A stretch of DNA of 64,000 nucleotides, from positions 237,026,001-237,090,000 of the forward strand of contig OZ024743.1 of NCBI GenBank assembly GCA_964016885.1. The letters run 5' to 3'. Positions within the stretch are counted from its first letter, which is position 1, and each line of letters begins with the position of its first letter. The translations under genes and the position numbers were made by a program. This document shows positions 45,001 through 55,589 of this stretch, piece by piece. Source of the stretch: Eledone cirrhosa (taxonomy: Eukaryota). The notes under the pieces were generated by a model. It saw nothing but the letters and a program-made list of their open reading frames with translations, was not told the origin of the DNA and did not search any database.

Positions 45001-48000
45001 TAGGCTGTCTAAGTCTAAAGTGTGTCTTATTATAGACAGCTACAGTATTGACAATTCTCTCTAAGTCTAAAGTCTGTCTTATTATAGACAGCTACAGTAT
45101 TGATTAGTCTGTCTAAGTCTAAAGTCTCTCTTATTATAGACAGCTACAGTACTGATTAGTCTGTCTAATTCTAAAGTCTGTCTTGTTATAGACAGCTACA
45201 GTATTGATTAGTCTGTCTAAGTCTAAAGTCTGTTTTATTATAGACAGCTACAGTACTGATTAGTCTCTCTAAGTCTAAGGTCTGTCTTATTATGGACAGT
45301 TACAGTACTGATTAGTCTGTCTCAGTCTAAAGTCTGTCTTGTTTTAGACAGCTAAAGTATTGATTAGTCTGTCTAAGTCTAAAGTCTGTCTTGTTATAGA
45401 CAGCTACAGTATTGATTAGTCTGTCTAAGTCTAAAGTCTGTCTTATTATAGACAGCTACAGTATTGATTAGTCTGTCTAAGTCTAAAGTCTGTCTTTTTA
45501 TAGACAGCTACAGTACTGATTAGTCTGTCTAAGTCTAAAGTCTGTCTTATTATAGACAGCTACAGTATTGACAATTCTGTCTAAGTCTAAAGTCTGTCTT
45601 ATTATAGACAGCTACAGTATTGACAATTCTGTCTCAGTCTAAAGTCTGTCTTGTTTTAGACAGCTACAGTATTGATTAGTCTGTCTAAGTCTAAAGTATG
45701 TCTTGTTATAGACAGCTACAGTATTGATTAGTCTGTCTAAGTCTAAAGTCTGTCTTTTTATAGATAGCTACAGCACTGATTAGTCTGTCTAAGTCTAAAG
45801 TCTGTCTTATTATAGACAGCTACAGTATTGCCAATTCTGTCTAAGTCTAAAGTCTGTCTTATTATAGACAGCTACAGTATTGACAATTCTGTCTCAGTCT
45901 AAAGTCTGTCTTGTTTTAGACAGCTACACTATTGATTAGTCTGTATAAGTCTAAAGTCTGTCTTGTTATAGCCAGCTACAGTATTGATTAGTCTGTCTAA
46001 GTCTAAAGTCTGTCTTATTATAGACAGCTACAGTATTGATTAGTCTGTCTAAGTCTAAAGTCTGTCTTTTTATAGACAGCTACAGTACTGATTAGTCTGT
46101 CTAAGTCTAAAGTCTGTCTTATTATAGACAGCTACAGTATTGCCAATTCTGTCTAAGTCTAAAGTCTGTCTTATTATAGACAGCTACAGTATTGACAATT
46201 CTGTCTCAGTCTAAAGTCTGTCTTGTTTTAGACAGCTACAGTATTGATTAGTCTGTCTCAGTCTAAAGTCTGTCTTGTTATAGACAGCTACAGTATTGAT
46301 TAGTCTGTCTAAGTCTAAAGTCTGTCTTATTATAGACAGCTACAGTATTGATTAGTCTGTCTAAGTCTAAAGTCTGTCTTTTTATAGACAGCTACAGTAC
46401 TGATTAGTCTGTCTAAGTCTAAAGTCTGTCTTATTATAGACAGCTACAGTATTGACAATTCTGTCTAAGTCTAAAGTCTGTCTTGTTATAAACAGCTACA
46501 GTATTGATTAGTCTATCTAAGTCTAAAGTCTGTCATATTATAGACAGCTACAGTATTGACAATTATGTCTAAGTCTAAAGTCTGTCTTGTTATAGACAGC
46601 TACAGTATTGATTAGTCTGTCTAAGTCTAAAGTCTGTCTTATTATAGACAGCTACAGTATTGTCAATTCTGTCTAAGTCTAAAGTCTGTCTTATTATAGA
46701 CAGCTACAGTACTGAATAGGCTGTTTAGTCTAAGGTCTGTCTTGTTATAGACAACTACAGTATTGATTAGTCTGTCTAAGTCTAAAGTCTGTCTTATTAT
46801 AGACAGCTACATTATTGACTATTCTGTCTAAGTCTAAAGTGTTTTTTTATAGACAGCTACAGTACTGATTAGTCTGTCTAAGTCTAAAGTCTGTCTTGTT
46901 ATAGACAGCTACAGTACTGATTAGTCTGTCTAAGTTTAAAGTCTTTCTTATTATAGACAGCTACAGTACTGATTAGTCTGTCTAAGTCTAAAGTCTGTCT
47001 TAATATAGACAGCTACAGTATTGACAATTCTCTCTGAGTCTAAAGTCTGTCTTATTATAGACAGCTACAGTATTGATTAGTCTGTTTAAGTCTAAAGTCT
47101 GTCTTATTATAGAGAGCTACAGTACTGATTAGTCTGTCTAAGTCTAAGGTCTGTCTTGTTATAGACAGCTACAGTATTGATTAGTCTGTCTAAGTCTAAA
47201 GTCTGTCTTATTATAGACAGCTACAGTATTGATTAGTCTGTCTAAGTCTAAAGTCTGTCTTATTATAGACAGCTACAGTACTGATTAGTCTGTCTAAGTC
47301 TAATGTCTGTCTTGTTATAGACAGCTACAGTATTGATTAGTCTGTCTAAGTTGAAAGTCTTTCTATTATAGACAGCTACAGTACTGATTAGTCTATCTAA
47401 GTCTAAAGTCTGTCTTATTATAGACAGCTACAGTATTGACAATTCTGTCTAAGATTAAAGTCTGTTTTGTTATAGACTGCTACAGTATTGATTAGTCTGT
47501 CTAAGTCTAAAGTATGTCTTATTATAGACAGCTACAGTATTGATTTGTCTGTCTTATTATAGACAGTTACAGTACTGATTAGTCTGTCTAAGTCTAAAGT
47601 CTGTCTTATTATAGACAGCTACAGTATTGACAATTCTGTCTAAGTCTAAAGTCTGTCTTGTTATAGACAGCTACAGTATTGATTAGTCTGTCTAAGTCTA
47701 AAGTCTGTCTTATTATAGACAGCTACGGTACTGATTAGTCTGTCTAAGTCTAAAGTCTGTCTTATTATAAACAGCTACAGTATTGACAATTCTGTCTAAG
47801 TCTAAAGTATCTCTTCTTATAGACAGCTACAGTATTGATTAGTCTATCTAAGTCTAATGTCTGTCTTATTATTGACAATTACAGTATTGATTAGTCTGTC
47901 TAAGTCTAAAGTCTGTCTTACTATATACAGCTACCAGTATTGACAACTCTGTCTAAGTCTAAAGTCTGTCTTGTTATAGACAGCTACAGTATTGATTAGT

Positions 48001-50174
48001 CTGTCTAAGTCTAAAGTCTGTCTTATTATAGACAGCTACAATATTGACAATTCTGTCTAATTCTAAAGTCTGTCTTGTTATAGACAGCTACAGTATTGAT
48101 TAGCTTGTCTAAGTTTAAAGTCTTTCTTATTATAGACAGCTACAGTACTGATTAGTCTGTCTAAGTCTAAAGTCTGTCTTATTATAGACAGCTACATTAT
48201 TGACAATTCTCTCTGAGTCTAAAGTCTGTCTTATTATAGACAGCTACAGTATTGATTAGTCTGTCTAATTTTAAAGTCTTTCTATTATAGACAGCTACAG
48301 TACTGATTAGTCTGTCTAAGTCTAAAGTCTGTCTTATTATAGACAGCTACAGTACTGATTAGTCTGTCTAAGTCTAATGTCTGTATTATTATAGACAGCT
48401 ACAGTATTGATTAGTCTGTCTAATTTTAAAGTCTTTCTATTATAGACAGCTACAGTACTGATTAGTCTGTCTAAGTCTAAAGTATCTCTTGTTATAGACA
48501 GCTACAGTATTGATTAGTCTATCTAAGTCTAAATCTGTCTTATTATAGACAGTTAGAGTATTGATCAGTCTGTCTATGTCTAAAGTCTGTCTTATTATAG
48601 ACAGCTACAATATTGACAATTCTGTCTAAGATTAAAGTCTGTCTTGTTATAGACTGCTACAGTATTGATTAGTCTGTCTAATTCTAAAGTCTGTCTTGTT
48701 ATAGACAGCTCCAATATTGATTAGTCTGTCTAAGTCTAAAGTCTGTCTTATTATAGACAGCTACAGTACTGATTAGTCTGTCTAAGTCTAAAGTCTGTCT
48801 TATTATAGACAGCTACAGTATTGACAATTCTGTCTAAGTCTAAAGTCTGTCTTGTTATAGACAGTTACAGTATTGATTAGTCTGTCTAAGTCTAAAGTCT
48901 GTCTTATTATAGTCAGCTACAGTATTGACAATTCTGTCTAAGTCTAAAGTCTGTCTTGTTATAGACAGCTACAGTATTGATTAGTCTGTCTAAGTTTAAA
49001 GTCTTTCTTATTATAGACAGCTACAGTACTGATTAGTCTGTCTAAGTCTAAAGTGTGTCTTATTATAGACAGCTACAGTATTGACAATTCACTCTAAGTC
49101 TAAAGTCTGTCTTATTATAGACAGCTACAGTATTGATTAGTCTGTCTAAGTCTAAAGTCTCTCTTATTATAGACAGCTACAGTACTGATTAGTCTGTCTA
49201 ATTCTAAAGTCTGTCTTGTTATAGACAGCTACAGTATTGATTAGTCTGTCTAAGTCTAAAATCTGTCTTGTTATAGACAGCTACAGTATTGATTAGTCTG
49301 TCTAAGTCTAAAGTCTGTATTATTATAGACAGCTACAGTATTGATTAGTCTGTCTAAGTCTAAAGTCTGTCTTGTTATAGACAGCTACAGTATTGATTAG
49401 TCTATCTAAGTCTAAAGTCTGTCTTATTATAGACAGTTACATTATTGATTAGTCTGTCTAAGTCTAAAGTCTGTCTTATTATAGACAGCTACAGTATTGA
49501 TTAGTCTGTCTAACTCTAAAGTCTGTCTGATTATAGACAGCTACATTATTGACAATTCTGTCTAAGTCTAAAGTCTGTCTTATTATAGACAGCTACAGTA
49601 TTGACAATTCTGTCTAAGTTTAAAGTCTGTCTTGTTATAGACAGCTACAGTATTGATTAGTCTGTCTAAGTCTAAAGTCTGTCTTATTATAGACAGCTAC
49701 AGTATTGATTAGTCTGTCTAAGTCTAAAGTCTGTCTTATTATAGACAGCTACAGTATTGACAATTCTGTCTAAGTCTAAAGTCTGTCTTGTTATAGACAG
49801 CTACAGTATTAACAAATCGGTCTAAGTCTAAAGTCTGTCTTGTTATAGACAGCTACAGTATTGATTAGTCTGTCTAAGTCTAAAGTCTGTCTTATTATAG
49901 ACAGTTACAGTATTGATTAGTCTTTGTAAGTCTAAAGTCTGTCTTGTTATAGACAGCTACAGTATTGATTAGTCTGTCTAAGTCTAAAGTCTGTCTTATT
50001 ATAGACAGCTACAGTATTGATTAGTCTGTCTAAGTCTAAAATCTGTCTTATTATAGGCAGCTACAGTATTGATTAGTCTGTCTAAGTCTAACGTCTGTCT
50101 TATTATAGACAGCTACAGTATTGATTAGTCTGTCTAAGTCTAAAGTCTGTCTTGTTATAGACAGCTACAGTATT
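1..50174. repeat. 52-bp satellite DNA array, about 960 head-to-tail monomers, consensus gtctaagtctaaagtctgtctt(a/g)ttatagacagctacagta(t/c)tga(ttag/caat)tct; continues beyond the left edge
   Basis: Period 52 is directly visible (e.g. gtctaagtct at 261 and 313). Same orientation throughout. Abrupt end at ...acagctacagtatt (50174). The ORF track lists no ORFs in this region. Confidence 0.99.
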
Positions 50175-50434
50175 CATCCCTTTTACTTTATTCTTTGTAT
50201 TTATTTCAGTTTTAAGACTTATATTCATCTATAATATCTTATATGTATCTATAATATTTTATATCTATCTAACAATATAATAGCTTTAAATGTGTTAATT
50301 TTCACTACGTATTTGTTGGTCTGTAGGTGGCCGTGCGGGTAGTAGTAGTGTATCTATGTATGTATGGGTTAGGGTTTCAATCTTCTTTATTTAAATTTGT
50401 TTTTAATATAATGGTCTCTGCCTTCTGGCCTACC

Positions 50435-52002
50435 AATATCTTATATATATCTATAATATCTTATATCTACCTATAATATCTTATATATATCTATAATATC
50501 TTATATCTATCTATAATATCTTATATATATATATCTATAATATCTTATATCTATAATACCTTATATATATCTATAATATCTTATGTATATCTATAATATC
50601 TTATATATATTTATAATACCTTATATGTATCTATAATATCTTATATATATCTATAATATCTTATATATATCTATAATATCTTATATGTATCTATAATATC
50701 TTATATGTATCTATAATATCTTATATGTATCTATAATATCTTATATGTATCTATAATACCTTATATGTATCTTTAATTTCATATGTATATATATATCTAT
50801 AATATCTTATATATATATCTATAATACCCTATATATATCTATAATACCTTATATATATCTATAATATCTTATATGTATCTATAATATCTTATATGTATCT
50901 ATAATACCTTATATGTATCTATAATATCTTATATGTATCTATAATATCTTATATATATCTATAATATCTTATATATATATCTATAATATCTCATATATAT
51001 CTATAATATCTAATATGTATCTATAATATCTTATATATATCTATAATATCTTATATATATCTATAACATCTTATATGCATCTATAATATCTTATATGTGT
51101 CTATATCTTATATGTATCTATAATATCTTATATGCATCTATAATATCTTATATATATATATCTATTATATCTTATATATATCTCTAATATCTTATATGTA
51201 TCTATAATATTTTATATGTATCTATAATATCTTATATGTATCTATAATATCTTATATATATCTATAATATCTTATATATATCTATAATATCTTATATATA
51301 TCTATAATATCTTATATATATCTATAATATCTTATATCTATCTATAATATCTTATATGTATCTATAATATCTCATATGTATCTATAATATCTTATATCTA
51401 TCTATAATATCTTATATATATCTATAATATCTTATATATATCTATAATATCTTATATATATCTATAATATCTTATATCTATCTATAATATCTTATATGTA
51501 TCTATAATATCTCATATGTATCTATAATATCTGATATCTATCTATAATATCTTATATATATCTATAATATCTTATATATATCTATAATATCTTATATCTA
51601 TCTATAATATCTTATATTTGTCTATAATATCTTATATGTATCTATAATATCTTATATCTATCTATATCTTATATATATCTATAATATCTTATATCTATCT
51701 ATAAAATCTTATATGCGTCTATATCTTATATCTATCTATAATATCTTATATGTATCTATAATATCTTATATATATCTATAATATCTTATATCTATCTATA
51801 ATATCTTATATGTATCTATAATATCTTATATGTATCTATAATATCTTATATGTATCTATAATATCTTATATCTATCTATAATATCTTATATGTATCTATA
51901 ATAATCTTATATGTATCTATAATATCTTATATCTATTTATAATATCTTATATGTATCTATAATATCTTATATCTATCTATAATATCTTATATGTATCTAT
52001 AA
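50435..52002. repeat. 20-bp AT-rich minisatellite (tctataatatcttatat[g/a/c]ta)n, about 75-80 units; a further ~2 units at 50226-50270
   Basis: Exact 20-bp periodicity visible at e.g. 51241-51660, with occasional gain or loss of TA dinucleotides. Confidence 0.97.
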
Positions 52003-52035
52003 CATTCTTTCTGATATTTTTTCATTCGTGTGTAT

Positions 52036-52270
52036 TGTATTGTCTAGTTCCCTGTTCCCTTAATATATGTCAGTGTTTGATGTGTTGTATATAGTCTAGT
52101 TCATTGGTCCCTTAATATATGTCAGTGTTTGATGTGTTGTATATTGTCTAGTTCCCTGGTCCCTTAATATATGTCAGTGTTTGATGTGTTCTATATAGTC
52201 TAGTTCCCTGGTCCCTTAATATATGTCAGTGTTTGATGTGTTGTATATAGTCTAGTTCCCTGGTCCCTTA
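52036..52270. repeat. Second 52-bp tandem repeat (tctagttccctggtcccttaatatatgtcagtgtttgatgtgttgtatatag), about 4.5 copies
   Basis: tctagttc recurs at 52043, 52095, 52147, 52199 and 52251 (period 52). Confidence 0.97.
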
Positions 52271-52471
52271 AACATCAGTTTTGAATCTAATTATTTTAGT
52301 CTGATGTTAATGTTTTTAATTAAGTTCCCTCTTTTCAATGTTGCTTTGGTTCATTTTGAAACCAGGATCGCATCTATTTATCTTGTAAATCCATGCATTG
52401 TCTGTTGTAATGTTTGTAGTTGTTTAATATCTACAGCGTAAATTTTGAGGTCAATTACTATCATTATTATT

Positions 52472-52724
52472 TGGTAATTGCTGGCCTTGTGCCAAAAAGT
52501 AGAAACAATTATTATTGATTGGCAGAATCAATAGAGCGTCGGACAACAAGTTTAGCAGATTAGAGTTACGGTTTTTACGTTCTGAGTTCAAATCCTGCCA
52601 AAGTTAACTTTTCCCTTCACGCAACGTCGATAAAATAAAGTACCAGTAATGCACTGGGGTCGATTTAATCAAACTTCTCTTTCCCAAAGTTGTTGGTCTA
52701 AATCAGAAACCATCATTATTATTA
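52472..52724 (+). mobile_element. SINE 3' tail fragment (52472-52515) followed by a decayed tRNA-derived SINE (52518-52724) ending in (ATT)n
   Basis: B-box-like ttctgagttcaaatcc, body gtcgataaaataaagtaccagtaatgcactgggg and tail agaaac(a/c)att(att)n. The same motifs recur at 55022-55515, 57969-58156 and 62167-62307. Confidence 0.8.
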
Positions 52725-53339
52725 TGAATTTGATATCTCCGTCATTGATGTTATTTAACCGGAAAATGTTCCCAAATGAACATTAAGCCTCTATCTGTAG
52801 CCTCAGATATTTAGGACGTATTGGAGGGTCCTTGCTGTTTCCAATAAACATGGCTTTTGAAGTGTTACAGTAAAGGGGACTGGGTTAATGTTCTTTAACC
52901 TACTTTGAGAACTCTTCGAGATAGTACCTAGTGCTCCTATAACAATGGGGACGACCTTGATCTCACGACGGTTCAAAATCCTTTTCAGTTCTCTCTTTAG
53001 ATCCTGGTACCGGTTAATTTTCTCCTCCCATTCTGGCACTCTTGAGATAAAGGGACAAGCTACATCTATAATCAAGCACGATATTTGTTCTTTGTTAAAA
53101 ACCACCAAGTCAGACCTATTGTGTTCTAATTTCTTGTCTGTCTGTATCCTGAAATCCCACAACACCTTCACTCGATCGTTTCCTATCACCGACTCTGGCT
53201 GATGCTCATACCACTTCTCAGAATGAGATACATTATTGAGTCTGCATAAATTCCAGTGGATCACTTTTCCTATGATATGATGTGTCCATCCTTTGTCTGA
53301 GTTAGATGTTTACACTCGTATAGGATGTGAGCCACAGTC

Positions 53340-53383
<44 letters not shown>

Positions 53384-53400
53384 GATCCTACATAGCGCAT
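52725..53400 (-). mobile_element. 5'-truncated R4/Dong-like non-LTR element: CCHC zinc knuckle, restriction-like endonuclease (ORF remnant 52803-53264) and 3' UTR
   Basis: KVLWDFRIQTDKKLEHNRSDLVV..CLIIDVACP..EEKINRYQDL..VVPIVIGALGTI is a typical RLE (PD-D/ExK) domain. Upstream frame reads CRIYGE(RE)nGTVAHILYEC (knuckle). Both ends abut (ATT)n tracts (52714-52724, 53398-53413). Confidence 0.9.
53343..53378. repeat. (CT)n microsatellite inside the zinc-knuckle coding region
   Basis: Directly visible. Confidence 0.95.
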
Positions 53401-53607
53401 TATTATTATTATTTATAGAAGGCCAGCAACTGACTGTGATATAAGACCTTGTCCTGATATCACTGCCATACATCTAGAATGAAGTAGACGTGAGGGTAAG
53501 TTATAGATTATAGATATTACTGAATCACTGACGATGATAATCTGAATTGTGTTAGTTTAAATATGGAGGATTTACACGGCAGGAATAAAGAAGCTTAACG
53601 ACTTAAA

Positions 53608-54119
53608 ACGACAGCAACAACGACAACAACAGCATCAGTCATAGCAACGACAACAACAGCAGTAGCAATAACAACAAGAACGACAACTACAACATCAACA
53701 ACAACAATTAAAACAGCAACAGCAACAACAACAGCAACAACAATAACAACAACAGCAAAAACAAATACAACAGCAACAACAACGACAACGACGACAACAA
53801 CAACGACAACAACAACGACAACAGCAACAACAACAACAACAACAACAGCAACAACAACAACAGAACTAACAACAGTAACAACAACAACAGCAACAGCAAC
53901 AACAACAACAACAGCAACAACAGAACTAACAACAGTAACAACAACAACAACAACAACAACAGCAACAACAACAACAGAACTAACAACAGTAACAACACCA
54001 ACAACAACAACAGTAACAACAAGAACAACAGTGACAACAACAATAACAATAACAACAACAGCAACAGCAACAACAACAACAACAACAACAGAACTAACAA
54101 CAACAACAACAACAACAAC
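53608..54119. repeat. Compound (AAC/AGC/GAC)n trinucleotide microsatellite
   Basis: Directly visible; it produces the poly-V and poly-L pseudo-ORFs. Confidence 0.97.
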
Positions 54120-54215
54120 GTTACAATCATTCTGGCTGTAGAACAGTTTCGAGGCCATATTTTCTTGACAGAGAAAATGTCGGAAGAGAAACATTAGTTT
54201 CCTCGTTATATAGTA

Positions 54216-54445
54216 GACATAGTGTGGCTGAATAGTTAACAAGTTCACTTTACAATCAATAGGTACCGGGTTCGATCTCACGGTATGGCGTCCTGGGAAA
54301 GTGTCCTCTACTATAGCTCGACCTGGAAGCCCGTCAGATGAACCGTACATGTAAGGTTCAACCCTGTCACATACTGTATCACGTTGAATCTTCCTGAGAA
54401 TCACGTTAAAAGTACTCGTGTCTAAGGAATGCTCAGCCACTTACA
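54216..54445 (+). mobile_element. Decayed tRNA-derived SINE (second family)
   Basis: A-box-like gtggctgaatagtta and B-box-like gggttcgatctc. Body motif tgaatct(t/c)cctgagaa is shared with 54747-54765. Confidence 0.6.
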
Positions 54446-54523
54446 CTATAACACAAGATAGACAGTAGCTGTAATTTAACGGGCCAGATTTGTTACATAC
54501 TATGTTATACTCCAGGTAGAAGG

Positions 54524-54635
54524 GGCAACGGGGAAATAAAGTGTCTTGCCCAGGACACAACGCAGCATCCGGTTCGGGATTCGAACTCACAACCTCACGA
54601 TTGCGAATCCAATCCTCTAACCACTCAGCCACGCG
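54524..54635 (-). mobile_element. tRNA-derived SINE head (Pol III A/B boxes) bracketed by perfect 15-bp inverted repeats
   Basis: Minus strand reads gcgcgtggctgagtggttagagg...gtgagttcgaatcccg...gcgttgtgtcctgggcaagacac. Inverted repeats: actccaggtagaagg (54509-54523) and ccttctacctggagt (54636-54650). Confidence 0.8.
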
Positions 54636-54650
54636 CCTTCTACCTGGAGT

Positions 54651-54850
54651 TGCGACCGATAGATAGTATTAGCAATTGGAAAGGCCAATGGAAACATTGT
54701 TTCCTCGGTCCGATTTGACGAAAGTCAATCGACTGTCTATGTTATACTGAATCTCCCTGAGAACAATGTGGAATATTTAGCTACTAACAGGCTGATCCGT
54801 TGATCGGCCAACTGGAACACTCATCGTTTATTCCGACGACAGCCCGTTCC
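54651..54850 (+). mobile_element. SINE body/3' portion, related to 54216-54445
   Basis: ctgaatctccctgagaac and caggctgatccgttgatcggccaactggaacactc resemble cephalopod SINE bodies (recalled, not searched); internal similarity to 54385-54400. Confidence 0.55.
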
Positions 54851-55021
54851 ATAATAGTGAAATATCGATCTCTACTAAAATCTGATCAGATATCCAGTTC
54901 AATATTTGTTTTGCTACTTCATTTAGAATTAAATCGATTTTCATCCATATTTACATTGGCTCATATTCAATACAGTTTATATTTGAAAAAATAATCTCCC
55001 AGGATTGGAGGTGCAGCGTAA

Positions 55022-55515
55022 TAATTATTATTTCTTTGGTACAAGACCAACAATTTGAAGGGAATGGGTGTTTTGATTAAATCGACCCAAGGACGTTACT
55101 GGTACTTTATTTTATCGACCTCTGTAGGGATGAAGGGTAGAGCTAGCTTCAGCGGGATTTGAACTCAGAACAGAAATATTGGAGGAGAGGGAGAAAGTCG
55201 ATTAAATCGACCCCAGTACGTTACTGGTACTTTATTTTATCGACCCCTGTAAAGACTTGGAATCAGATTGTAAAGGGTTAGGGTTATACTGCAATGTATT
55301 TCATCTGATACACTAACGATTCTGCCAATCCGCCACCCTTAATGATTTGGGGGGGGGGGAAGCCAATTAACTCGACCTCAGTATTTAACTGGTACTTTAT
55401 TTTATTGATCCTTCGGAGGTTGATCAAATAAAACGCCAGCTAAGTACTGGGGTCGATATAATCCACCCTCGCCCCACCCTCAGTTGGCGGTCTCGTGCCT
55501 TAAGTAGAAACTATT
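55022..55515 (-). mobile_element. Cluster of about four SINE fragments (three minus strand, last one ~55420-55515 plus strand)
   Basis: Repeated actggtactttattttatcgacc and ggatttgaactcagaac (reverse complement of the B-box region); the plus-strand piece ends agtagaaactatt. Confidence 0.8.
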
Positions 55516-55589
55516 GTTGTTCTTTTTATCCGATTTCTAAGTAAGCCGGCTTTGGTCCTTTCTTCCGAAACCTGGTGCTAGAAGATGGA

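Larger units (their letters stand above)
50160..52455 (-). mobile_element. Highly decayed R4/Dong-like non-LTR retrotransposon RT remnant, interrupted by tandem-repeat expansions
   Basis: Manual minus-strand translation gives 52452-52297 DLKIYAVDIKQLQTLQQTMHGFTR*IDAILVSK*TKATLKRGNLIKNINIRL; repeat unit Y*GTRELDYIQH; 52040-51996 IQYTRMKKYQKECYR; 50216-50160 LKTEINTKNKVKGMNTVAV. These match, in order, DLKLYAK..FSKDIG..KC..TVNRG / YRYLG / REYYTR / ELSAQNRTVAHNTFAV of the RT ORF at 58561-59667. Confidence 0.8.

Noticed and set aside
1-50174. CRISPR array or coding tandem repeat
   Set aside because: There are no unique spacers, the whole 52-bp unit repeats, no cas genes are present, 52 is not a multiple of 3, and the ORF track shows no ORFs here.
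50366-50377. Telomeric repeat (gggttagggtt; also near 55276)
   Set aside because: Fewer than two full units, which is expected by chance.
50226-52002. 20-bp minisatellite as an inverted derivative of the 52-bp satellite (tctataata / tattataga)
   Set aside because: Only a 9-bp AT-rich match; the unit is better explained by the RT YYR codons at both of its borders.
53595-54440. 281-aa poly-Val and 140-aa poly-Leu ORFs as membrane proteins
   Set aside because: They are translations of the (AAC)n microsatellite plus SINE sequence.
54560-54635. Functional tRNA gene
   Set aside because: A and B boxes are present, but I could not form a convincing acceptor stem, and the sequence continues into a SINE-type gcgttgtgtcc..gcaagacac segment.
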